From positions 59,756 through 123,755 of IMG/VR virus record IMGVR_UViG_3300036651_001908: 64,000 nt of DNA; one strand, 5' to 3'. The stretch is from a virus. Shown here one piece after another: positions 9,834-19,400 of the stretch; the stretch's first letter is position 1, and each line of letters begins with the position of its first letter. The position numbers were made by a program, and so were the translations under genes. The notes below the pieces were generated by a model, which was given only the letters and a program-made list of their open reading frames with translations, did no database searches and had not been told where the DNA came from.

Positions 9834-10222
9834 ACCATGACCATCTCGTTGGCCGCTACGCCATCATCTATGACCTCGTGGCCAACGAGTATGGCTGGAC
9901 TGATGAGCAGATCGGAGACCTCCCTGTAATCCGCCTTCGTCAGATCGTCGCTGCGATTCACATGCGCCAATTCATCCGAACCCGTGAAGAGAACGCTCGC
10001 TTCTCTTGGCTGGCTCGGGCGCTTGGCACTCTGATCGCTGCGGGGTATCAGACGGAGGGAGAGAACCCCGCTATCGACCACGCAGCCAACTTGTCCATGG
10101 ATGAAATCGAAGCGGCAGCCATGAAGGATGCCACTGGGGAAGGTACGGCCCGTGCTGTTCAGGAGAACGGTGAGGGTTCGTACGAGAAGTTGATGAAGTA
10201 CATGGGCGGCCCGCCCAGATAG
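9276..10222 (+). CDS. tail assembly chaperone, -1 frameshifted long form
   Basis: The -1 frame from 9707 is open and continuous with ORF 9878..10222 (EYGWTDEQIGDLP), the classic lambda G/GT arrangement. Confidence 0.85.
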
Positions 10223-10235
10223 CAGGAGGTGAGAA

Positions 10236-13200
10236 GTGTCGGACTTCAGGGAAACCGATGTCACGTACAAGGCCAAGGCCAACTTCTCCGAACTGCTTGC
10301 CCAGATCGCTGCTGTCAAGGCGGCTATCGATGCTCTCCGTGCGACCGAGAAGGATGCGAATTCCGGCTCCACCCAGGAGAACAAGGATGTCGCGGCCTCT
10401 CAGAACGCGATCACGAAGTCGCTCAAGGAGCGCGCGGCTGCTCAGCGGACCCTCAACGATCTAGAGAAGAAGGCCAAGGGCGCCTCTACCGGTGGAACCG
10501 CGGGCCAAGCGGGCGGCTCTGCGGTCTCCGACCTCAACGCGGTAGACGACGCGCAGAAGAAGGTCAGCAACAGCCGTCGCAAGATGGTCAAGGACACGCA
10601 GGATCTGTCCAAGGCCGAGCAGGATCTTGCGGCTGCACGCTTCCGTGCCTCCGCGGCAGGAGACACCAGCGACCTCTCTCGCATGGGTCTCGAAAAGAAG
10701 ATTTTCGGCCAGGTCGTGCAGAACATCGCTGCATATAACGATCTGGAGAAGGCGCAGACCCGGGCAGATACGCACCACGTCTTCGGTCTGCGGGACATCA
10801 AGTTCGCTGCCGAAGAGGCGGGGCGGGCCGAGAGTGCCGCGAGTGATGCGGGGACGGCAAGTGACTCGCGTCGTGCCGGGAGCATTCGGGCGATCACCTC
10901 AGGTCTTCGGGAGCAAGGGGTCGAAGCGGAGAAGACCGCGACCCGGGTGCAGAATCTCTTCGCGAAGATCGCATCCCTCTCTACCGGTCTCAGTGGCATC
11001 ATCAATAGGTTGCCTCCTGTGGGCCCTGGCGCGCTTGTCGGAATGGGGCTCGCTGCTCTTCCGGCGCTCTACCCCATCCTCTCCTCCCTCCTGAACGTCG
11101 TCGGTCCTCTGATCGCAGGTTTCGGTGCCCTGGGCGCAGGCACACTGGCATTCGCATCGAACCTCGCCTCTCTGTCTGCTGGTCTTGTGGCAGTCGTGCC
11201 CCTCATGGCGGGCATGGCCACCATGATGGGCACGATCAAGATGGCGCTTGCGGGTGTCACCGGGCCCAAGGGTGCCATGGCGTTGTATGCCAGGTGGCAG
11301 GATCTGATCGCCCTTGGTGCCTCACCTGCGGTCATCGGTCGGGCCCAGAAGGCTTATCAGAACGCGTTCCAGTCCTTGGCTCCCGCTGCTCAGCAGTTCG
11401 TGACGTGGAACCAAAGCATGCAGAACGCCTTCGATGCCATTCAGCATGCGGTCCAGCAGAACTTCTTCGCGCAGTTCGTCAAGGATCTGCACCTGGTCAA
11501 CGGGCTTCTCCCCCCTCTCGCGAAACTGTTCATGAACACCGCTACGGCCATGGGCCAGGTCGTAGACGACATCCTCAAGGCCCTGTCCGGGCCGCGGTGG
11601 ATCACGGCCATCAATACGTTCGCTGACACGATCGTTCCGCTGATCGGCGTGGTCAGCAAGACCATCATCAGCACCCTCGGGTTGTTCCGAGACCTGACCA
11701 TCGCCGCCCTCCCCTTCACGGTCAAGATGGTGAATGGGCTCAACAACGTCGTTGCCGGTCTCGTCGCGATGCTGAACACCCCGGGCAGGGCCGCCGCGTT
11801 CACTGCCTTCCTCGATGTCGTCTACAGCCGCCTGCTCGTCTGGCTGGACATCGTCAAGAACATCGCTCTGGTCATGGCCCGCTACAGCAGCGCCGCCTCC
11901 GGCTGGAGCAATGATGTTGTCAAGAACTTCGACAAGGTCACCAAGCACTGGGCGGACATGGCGAAGGCCGCCGAGAAGCCGAACTCAGGATTCAAGAAGT
12001 ACCTGGAGGAAATCAAGCCGCTCCTTGCCGCCTTCGGCCGACTGGGCAGTGAAGCCGTCGGCTGGATCAAGCGGATGATGTTCGATCCCCAGAACATCAA
12101 GGACATGACGAAGATCGCGGATGCTTTCGGCATCCTCGGTCACGCCCTTGCCAGTCTGCTTGACACCTTGACCAAGGGCGGCGACTTCTCGGTCATCGTT
12201 GACATCGTTGCCCAACTGATCAAGTTGATCGACCAGATTCTGAAACTGGGAGGCATCCAGGGCATTCAGGGTGTCTGGAACATCATCGACAACCTGCTGA
12301 AGTTCCTGAACGGGCTGCTTGCCTGGGCTTCGAAGGCTCCGGTCATCGGGAATGTTCTTGGCCCGATCGTCACCTCGTTGAGTGTGTTGGCGACGCTCTC
12401 GTTCATCGGCAAGTTCACGGGCCTGACCGACCTCTTCGCTTCCCTGATGCTCCTGGCGGGTACTCCTGGGATCCTTGCTGTGCTGGATCGCCTTCCCGGT
12501 GTGGTCCCCTTCATGTCGAAGACCGGTGTCAAGTTCACGGACGCCAAGAACCCCATGCAGCAGACGAAGAATGGTGAGCCGTCTGTCTGGGCCACCAAGC
12601 CTTCGAAGAACGACCCGCTCTACAAGTACAACAAGGGCGCCAAGATCGGTGACCCCGTCATGGGTCCCGGCATTATCGATGCGGGGGCCATGAGCACCCG
12701 GCAGGCTGCGCTTGCCTACGCGAAGCGGCTGAGCGCCTTCCAGGGCGAGGAGCGCGCCTTCGCCCTTGCCAGTGGTGGGAAGGACACCGCCAGCATCCTT
12801 GAGAAGTTGGGGGGCTTCCTGGGCCTCGGGGCCAAGGGTGGTGCCTTCCGCTCCACCACGCAGGCGCTGATGGATGCGGGCCTCATGGCCAAGGGGGGCA
12901 AGGCCTGGGGCCTGGGTGGGCTGCTCGGCAAGGGCATCTCTGGTGTTGGGAGCAAGATCCTCCCCGGCATCGGTGCCTTGTTCGGGGGCATGGATCTTTT
13001 CAACATGACCCAGAACGCGGGCTCCTCGAAGGGCAGCCCGGAGGTTCAGCGGTTCCTCAAGCACCCGACCCAGGCCAACGCGCTGGCCATGGCCAAGTCC
13101 ATCAACGGTGGGGTGTGGGGCGGAGCCGGACAGGGGGCGCTCGATGGCTTCGGCATCGGCTCCCTCCTCGGTCCCTGGGGCATGCTCGGTGGGGCACTTG

Positions 13201-15584
13201 TGGGCGGTGTCTACGGGGGAGCCACGGGTGGCATCCAGGCGAGCGGCTCGAAGAACCTGGGTCGCGGTTGGGGGAACATTGCCCAACAGGCATGGAAGAA
13301 CCCGGGCTCACTGAGTGGCACGTTGGGCACCGCCTACGGCATGCTCGGCCAGGCGATGGGGCTCCCCAAGGGCTACGGGTCGGCCTTCGGAGGGGTTGTC
13401 GGGGGTGCCGCAGGGTTTGGGCTCGGGAACGCCAAGGGCCTGATCGGGAACTTCCAGCACGGTGGTGACCAGATCGCAGGCTTCTTCAAGGGTGCAGCCA
13501 ACAACTTCACCTATGGAGCGAAGCAGATCAGTGGCTTCTTCAAGGGTGTAGCCGACAACTTCACCTATGGAGGGAAGCAGATCGTCGGCTTCTTCAAGGG
13601 TGTCGTCGCGAACTTCGCCCATGGTGCTCAGCAGATCGCCTCCTTCTTCAAGCCTGTCACGGATAAGTTCGCCGCGGGTGCGAAGCAGATCGGTGACTGG
13701 TGGAGCAAGGAGGTCATCCCTGGCTGGGCCCACGGTGCTAAGCAGATCGGTGACTGGTGGAGCAAGCAGGTTGTTCCCGCTTGGGCCCACGGCGCTAAGC
13801 AGATCGGTGACTGGTGGAGCAAGGAGGTCATCCCTGGCTGGGCCCACGGCGCTAAGCAGATCGGTGACTGGTGGAGCAAGACGGTTGTTCCTGCCTGGGC
13901 GCATGGTGCTCAGCAGATCGCCGCATTCTTCAAGCCTGTCGTGGACGGTTGGTTCATCGTCGCGAAGCAGGTCGGCCAGTTCTTCAAGCCCATGGTGGAC
14001 AAGTGGGCCTACGGAGCGAAGCAGATCGGTGATTGGTTCCATGGTGTAATCAACAACTTCGCCCACGGCTGGTCACAGATCGCTGGGTGGTGGAAGGGAG
14101 TCATTGACAACTTCGCCCACGGCTGGTCACAGATCGCTGGGTGGTGGAAGGGAGTCATTGACAACTTCGCCCACGGCTGGTCACAGATCACCGATTGGTT
14201 CCATGGTGTAATCGACAACTTCGCCCATGGCTGGAAGCAGATCACCGATTGGTTCCAGGGCCTGATCAACAACTTCGCCCACGGGTGGAAGCAGATCACC
14301 GATTGGTTCACTCAGGTCGGTAAGAACATTGACAATGGCTGGCATTCACTCACTCAGTGGTGGCACGACATTGGCAAGCACATCGATGGCTGGTGGAACG
14401 GCGTCACCAGTTGGTGGCAGCAGGTCGGCAAGAACGTCAACAAGTGGTGGGATGGTGTCACCAGTTGGTGGCAGCAGGTTGGCAAGAACGTCAACAAGTG
14501 GTGGGACGGCGTCACCAGTTGGTGGCAGCAGGTTGGCAAGAACGTCAGCAAGTGGTGGGATGGCGTCACCAGTGCTTGGGTCAAGATCGGTCAGAACATC
14601 CGTGGTTGGTGGGACGGCGTCTCCACTGCTTGGGTCAAGATCGGCAAGGACATCCGTGGTTGGTGGGATGGTGTCACCAGTGGCTTTGTCAAGATCGGCA
14701 AGGACATCTACAACTGGTGGAATGGGGTCACCAGCGGATTTGTGAATATAGGAAAGAAGATTTTCGCACTCTTCGGCGGGGTCGCCGGGGCCTTCATGAA
14801 TGCCATCAAGACCATCGGTGGGATTGGAGGCGCAGTCGGAGGCGCAGTCTCAGGTCCCCTCGGCAGTGTGATCAGTGGCGCGCTGAAGGCGGCTGGTGCT
14901 CCGCTGTCTTGGGCCGGGGACATCGCGAAGATCATTCACTTCGAGTCCGGTGGAAACGCCAACGCCCAGAACAACTGGGACAGCAACGCCAAGGCCGGTC
15001 ACCCGTCGCAGGGTCTGATGCAGTTGATTCCGGGCACCTTCTCGGCGTATGCCGGAGGGTACGCCAGTAGGGGCATCCGGGACCCCTTCGCGAATGTGTT
15101 CGCGGGCATCCGGTACATCATGGCCAACTACGGCAGCGTCTACAATGTTCCGGGCATCAAGTCGCTGGCTGCGGGAGGCTCCTACGTGGGCTACTCCACC
15201 GGTGGTTCCGTCACTGGTGGGGCCGGTCCCCGGTGGAAGAAGAACGGCACCGACACCGTTCCTGCCATGCTCACACCGGGTGAGTTCGTCATCCGCAAGC
15301 CGGTCGTGGACCTGCTCGGGGTCCAGAACCTTCGTCTGCTGAATAGCATGACGACCTACTCCAAGTTCCTCACCGGGCCGATGCGCTCCCCGCGCCCACC
15401 GGTGGTTGCGCCCTACCAGCCTGGGGTGCCCGGCTGGATGAGGAGCCCTGGGTTCAGTGGTCACGGCCCGAGCCCTGCTCAGACCTTCGGCAACATCATC
15501 ATCAACAACCCGCTGCCCGAGCGGGCCAGCGATACCCTTCCGCGCACCACGCGCAAGATGGGTTACCTCGGCCCGACCCGATAG
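10236..15584 (+). CDS. tape measure protein with C-terminal lytic transglycosylase (SLT) domain
   Basis: 1782 aa, helical, Trp-periodic 18-19 aa repeats, HFESGGNANAQNNWDSNA..GHPSQGLMQ SLT motif, GTDTVPAMLTPGEFV. Confidence 0.95.
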   Translation: MSDFRETDVTYKAKANFSELLAQIAAVKAAIDALRATEKDANSGSTQENKDVAASQNAITKSLKERAAAQRTLNDLEKKAKGASTGGTAGQAGGSAVSDLNAVDDAQKKVSNSRRKMVKDTQDLSKAEQDLAAARFRASAAGDTSDLSRMGLEKKIFGQVVQNIAAYNDLEKAQTRADTHHVFGLRDIKFAAEEAGRAESAASDAGTASDSRRAGSIRAITSGLREQGVEAEKTATRVQNLFAKIASLSTGLSGIINRLPPVGPGALVGMGLAALPALYPILSSLLNVVGPLIAGFGALGAGTLAFASNLASLSAGLVAVVPLMAGMATMMGTIKMALAGVTGPKGAMALYARWQDLIALGASPAVIGRAQKAYQNAFQSLAPAAQQFVTWNQSMQNAFDAIQHAVQQNFFAQFVKDLHLVNGLLPPLAKLFMNTATAMGQVVDDILKALSGPRWITAINTFADTIVPLIGVVSKTIISTLGLFRDLTIAALPFTVKMVNGLNNVVAGLVAMLNTPGRAAAFTAFLDVVYSRLLVWLDIVKNIALVMARYSSAASGWSNDVVKNFDKVTKHWADMAKAAEKPNSGFKKYLEEIKPLLAAFGRLGSEAVGWIKRMMFDPQNIKDMTKIADAFGILGHALASLLDTLTKGGDFSVIVDIVAQLIKLIDQILKLGGIQGIQGVWNIIDNLLKFLNGLLAWASKAPVIGNVLGPIVTSLSVLATLSFIGKFTGLTDLFASLMLLAGTPGILAVLDRLPGVVPFMSKTGVKFTDAKNPMQQTKNGEPSVWATKPSKNDPLYKYNKGAKIGDPVMGPGIIDAGAMSTRQAALAYAKRLSAFQGEERAFALASGGKDTASILEKLGGFLGLGAKGGAFRSTTQALMDAGLMAKGGKAWGLGGLLGKGISGVGSKILPGIGALFGGMDLFNMTQNAGSSKGSPEVQRFLKHPTQANALAMAKSINGGVWGGAGQGALDGFGIGSLLGPWGMLGGALVGGVYGGATGGIQASGSKNLGRGWGNIAQQAWKNPGSLSGTLGTAYGMLGQAMGLPKGYGSAFGGVVGGAAGFGLGNAKGLIGNFQHGGDQIAGFFKGAANNFTYGAKQISGFFKGVADNFTYGGKQIVGFFKGVVANFAHGAQQIASFFKPVTDKFAAGAKQIGDWWSKEVIPGWAHGAKQIGDWWSKQVVPAWAHGAKQIGDWWSKEVIPGWAHGAKQIGDWWSKTVVPAWAHGAQQIAAFFKPVVDGWFIVAKQVGQFFKPMVDKWAYGAKQIGDWFHGVINNFAHGWSQIAGWWKGVIDNFAHGWSQIAGWWKGVIDNFAHGWSQITDWFHGVIDNFAHGWKQITDWFQGLINNFAHGWKQITDWFTQVGKNIDNGWHSLTQWWHDIGKHIDGWWNGVTSWWQQVGKNVNKWWDGVTSWWQQVGKNVNKWWDGVTSWWQQVGKNVSKWWDGVTSAWVKIGQNIRGWWDGVSTAWVKIGKDIRGWWDGVTSGFVKIGKDIYNWWNGVTSGFVNIGKKIFALFGGVAGAFMNAIKTIGGIGGAVGGAVSGPLGSVISGALKAAGAPLSWAGDIAKIIHFESGGNANAQNNWDSNAKAGHPSQGLMQLIPGTFSAYAGGYASRGIRDPFANVFAGIRYIMANYGSVYNVPGIKSLAAGGSYVGYSTGGSVTGGAGPRWKKNGTDTVPAMLTPGEFVIRKPVVDLLGVQNLRLLNSMTTYSKFLTGPMRSPRPPVVAPYQPGVPGWMRSPGFSGHGPSPAQTFGNIIINNPLPERASDTLPRTTRKMGYLGPTR
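13680..14740 (+). repeat. 54/57-bp tandem repeats in the tape measure gene
   Basis: Near-identical DNA units encoding AHGAKQIGDWWSKEVIPGW, AHGWSQIAGWWKGVIDNF and WWDGVTSWWQQVGKNVNK. Confidence 0.85.
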
Positions 15585-15591
15585 ACCCGCG

Positions 15592-15599
15592 CCGATAGT
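15592..15599 (+). promoter_or_regulatory. putative phage-sigma -10 element CCGATAGT
   Basis: In the 38-bp gap between TMP and Dit, upstream of the GGAGG RBS. Confidence 0.65.
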
Positions 15600-15622
15600 T
15601 CCCCCTAGGAGGGCATAGACCC

Positions 15623-16456
15623 GTGACGAACACAACCTCGGCGTACTGGGCCATCAATGGGACCAGCCTTCAGACCTACGCGTGGAATATCTCCTCGTGG
15701 GGAGACAAGCAGACTCTTCCTCCGACGCGTGGCGCAAATCTTCTTGTGCCGATGGCCACCGGGCAGACCTACGTTCCTAAGGTTCCGGACAGCCGCACCA
15801 TCACCCTGAACATGTGGGTCTCGGGGGCTAACCCGGATGGCAGCATCCCGAGGAACCCCACCGCTCTCGCCACCTTCCAGGCGAATTACGCTGCGTTGCA
15901 GGCGCTCTTCTGGAACATCCGAGGCCAGATGCAGTTGTCGCAGGTGATGACCTACCCGGACGGCACGACACATACCGTCATCGCGCTTGCTGAGTATGCG
16001 GGCGGTATGCAGCCGTCGATGCAGGGCCAAGCGGCTGCCGCCTTCAGTGTGGATCTACTTCTTGCCGACCCATTCTTCTACGGCCCTCAGATCACGCAGA
16101 CCCTGTCGTCTTCGACCGTCGTGAACGTCGTGGGGGACGACCGCACGGACGCAGTCTTCTTCACTCTAAGCGGCGCGCGGAACAACCTGCGCATCCAGAA
16201 CACCACGATGCTCGCCCAGCCCTACTTCGTCTACAACTACTCCACCGCTTCAGGAGACTCCGTCGTCTTCGATGTGCAGAACTTCAAGGTCACTCACACG
16301 CCTTCGGGCAGTGGCGCGTATCAGGCCGCGGGGCGAATCAGCCATGGAGCCGACCCGTTCTGGCTCCCCCTCGTTCCGGGGAACAACACCATCGCCATGA
16401 GCAGCACGTCTGGAACCGGCACGGTAAGCCTGGCTTACCAGCCTAGGTGGTTCTGA
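15623..16456 (+). CDS. distal tail protein (Dit-like minor tail protein)
   Basis: SRTITLNMW, LLADPFFYG, LVPGNNTI, YQPRWF; follows TMP. Confidence 0.8.
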   Translation: MTNTTSAYWAINGTSLQTYAWNISSWGDKQTLPPTRGANLLVPMATGQTYVPKVPDSRTITLNMWVSGANPDGSIPRNPTALATFQANYAALQALFWNIRGQMQLSQVMTYPDGTTHTVIALAEYAGGMQPSMQGQAAAAFSVDLLLADPFFYGPQITQTLSSSTVVNVVGDDRTDAVFFTLSGARNNLRIQNTTMLAQPYFVYNYSTASGDSVVFDVQNFKVTHTPSGSGAYQAAGRISHGADPFWLPLVPGNNTIAMSSTSGTGTVSLAYQPRWF

Positions 16457-19400
16457 TGGGAGACTGGACCGGTACTACCCCCTGGACCGGGTCTCGCACC
16501 TGGGGCCCCGATGGGGCAAGTGTTGGGCTTACCGGGTCAGGCTCCCTGCACATTGCTGTTTCGACCAGCCCCAGCATGGGCGGCTCCGGTTCCCTGGCGG
16601 TCTCCCGGGCTACCCCGGCTATCAAGCCTGCTGTCGCACTGACCGGAGCCGGTGTTCTCAGCCTGCTGACTTCGGTCGCGATGACCTCGCCTCAGGTGCT
16701 CTACGGCTACCCGTCCTCACTGGAGTTCCGGGTCACCAAGTACACCACTGCTCGGACGACGCCCACGGTCTACGATGAGGTGCTGAACGGACCGCTGGCT
16801 GGCTCGTGGCTGGACGAGTTGGTGGGTCCCGGTAGTGGCACCCTCACACTCTCAACTCAGCACCCGAAGGTGTTGGCCGACCCGACACTGCTGGCGCAGC
16901 GCAACTGGATCACCGCGCTGCGGGATGGCCAGGTGGTAGGCCGCTTCATCTTGCAGACCAAGGAACTGGTGCTGGCGGGCTCCAACGGGGACATGGCCGA
17001 CCGTCTCTGGACTATCTCGGGTGAAGGTCTGCGGACTCTGCTGCACGACGCGGTTGTTTTCCCCGAGAACGGACAGGTCGGGAAGACGACGGGAACCACC
17101 CGCTACTTCAACTTCGCCACGGTGATGAAGAGTCGTTGGTATAACTCCAGCCAGTGGGTGGCGCCACATTCTGGCCCCAACTATCTCGCTAAGAATTCGT
17201 ACTTCTTGAAGTACCCCGCAGGGTACCCCATCGCCCAGGGCCAGTGGATCTGGGGCTCGACTCGGGACGCCAACGGACATGCTGCGGTCGGCTACAACTA
17301 CTTCCGTTGTGAGTTCACTGCGACGGTGTCTGACTCCTCGCAGACGTACTCGTTCTACGCCGCGGGTGATGACGCCCTCAACCTTTACCTCGATGGCATC
17401 CCCATTGCGAATACTGCTGTCGGGCAGAAGAGTTGGGCGAACGTCGTTGCGGTCGAGGGTATCTCTCTTACCCAGGGTGCCCATGTGCTCTCCGCACAGG
17501 TGTACAACGCCCAGGGCCGGGCAGGTTTCATGGCCTGTGTTCGGCAAGACGCGAACGACTCCACGAGCACCGCGATCAAGACCCTCTCCTACACCGGTGA
17601 TTCACACTGGAAAGTCAACGCGTACCCCTCGCAGGAACCGGGCTGGACCATCGGTGAGGTCTTGCTCCAGTTGTGGGGCGAGGCTCAGACCCGAGGTGTG
17701 GACTTCCCTGCCCAGTTGCGCCCTACCTTTTCCGAAAATACGGATTCCGCGGGCGTGGCCTGGCCGTCCACCGGTTCGTATTCGTTCCCGCTCAACACCG
17801 ACTACTCCGACATGCTCGCCCAGATGGAGGCCATGGGTTGTGAGGCCTGGGTAGATCCTTCCACTCTGACGTTCAACGTCTACGTGGTGAAGGGCATCGA
17901 TTACTCGGTTGTCGCGTCGTATCCGAACCCCCCCACATTGCAGATCGGACAGAACCTCACTGCGACGGATGAGACATCAACCGCGGCACTGAAGAATGGT
18001 CTTCTTGTTCAGGCCGCGGACGGCTGGACCTACCAGACTGACAGCAACTCGCTCTCCACCTTCGGCCGCATCGAGGGTGGCACGCAGGTCAGCGTGAATC
18101 TGAATCAGGCCAGCACCATCATCAGCAAAACCTTCTCGTTGATGAGCACGCCGCAGGTGTCCACGACGTACCAGATCATCGACACCGGCAACATCAAGCC
18201 GGGTATCGACTTCACCTTGGGTGACTGGATCATGGCTCCGGCCATGAACGTGGACCCCAACACACTTGCGCGGCGCCGCGTGATGTCCATCACCTATGCC
18301 CTGGACACGTCGAATAACAACCCGAACGTTGTCTACGCGGTCGAGTTGGACACGGTCTATCAGGACCACATCACCACACTGACCAACCTCATCTCGAAGT
18401 TGAACAATCAGGACACGGTCACTGGAGCGAAGACTTCCAAGGCCGTCCCTTCTACTGGAGCCGGTGCCCCCATCGGCGCGGGCAGTTCACCCGCCACGCG
18501 CTCCGCGCTCTACGCTCCCACGTCCTTCGCAGTCGGCACCATCACGGGTACCTACGACTCCAATGGCAACCCCACCTGTGCACTCGCACTCTCGTGGGTC
18601 TGCCCCGTGGACGATGAGGGCAACGACCAGGACGTGGCCCACTACGAGATTTACGGGTCCACTCCCACCGTCGCCTGGGCCCTCCTGTCACGGGTGGATG
18701 GGGCGAACCTCACCACGACGCTGAACGTCACTCCGGTTCAGTCCTGGACCCTCGGTGTTCGCGCTGTGGCGGCCTGGGATGCAGGCCTCCTGTCGGACTT
18801 CAGCAACATGGTCACCGTCACGTCGATCAAGCCGGGGACAGCGCTGGATCCGCCCACTGCTCCGACGCTGGCCACGGACAAGGGAACGATCACTGCCCAC
18901 TGGGACGGGAAGTTGATCAACTCCGGGGGTGTGTCGTACACGCCACCGGTGCAGTTCAAGAACGTCTCCTGCTACATCTACACGAACTCGCCCAGCGAGA
19001 GCGACATCCACCAGGTGGCAGGGCTGCTCCAGGGCGCGGGCGCAGTCGTCATCTCCGGGCTCGCCGTCGGCACGCTCTACTACGTTGTGTTCTTCGCCAA
19101 TGACAACGGAGGGCTGTCGTCTGCGCAGTCCGCCCCGGCTTCAGTGACGGTCATCGGTATCACCGGCCCGGACATCCTGGCCAACTCGATCACGGCGAAC
19201 CAACTGGCCGTCGGGGCAATCACCGCAGACAAGTTGGATGTCGGAACGGTTCCGCAAGGCAACCAGTACAACCGGGTGCCGAACCCGCTGTCGAACACCG
19301 CCTACTGGTCGTTGGTGGTCTCGTCCACCAACGCGTTCAACTTGGGTGGCTCGGCCAATGCGACCGCGCTCGCGGCGGTCGGGGCAGTTCCGGCCGGACT

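Noticed and set aside
9878-10222. Independent gene
   Set aside because: Better explained as the -1 frameshift extension of the tail chaperone, a well-known feature.
13680-14740. Tape measure tandem repeats as a CRISPR array
   Set aside because: In-frame coding repeats without unique spacers; no cas genes.
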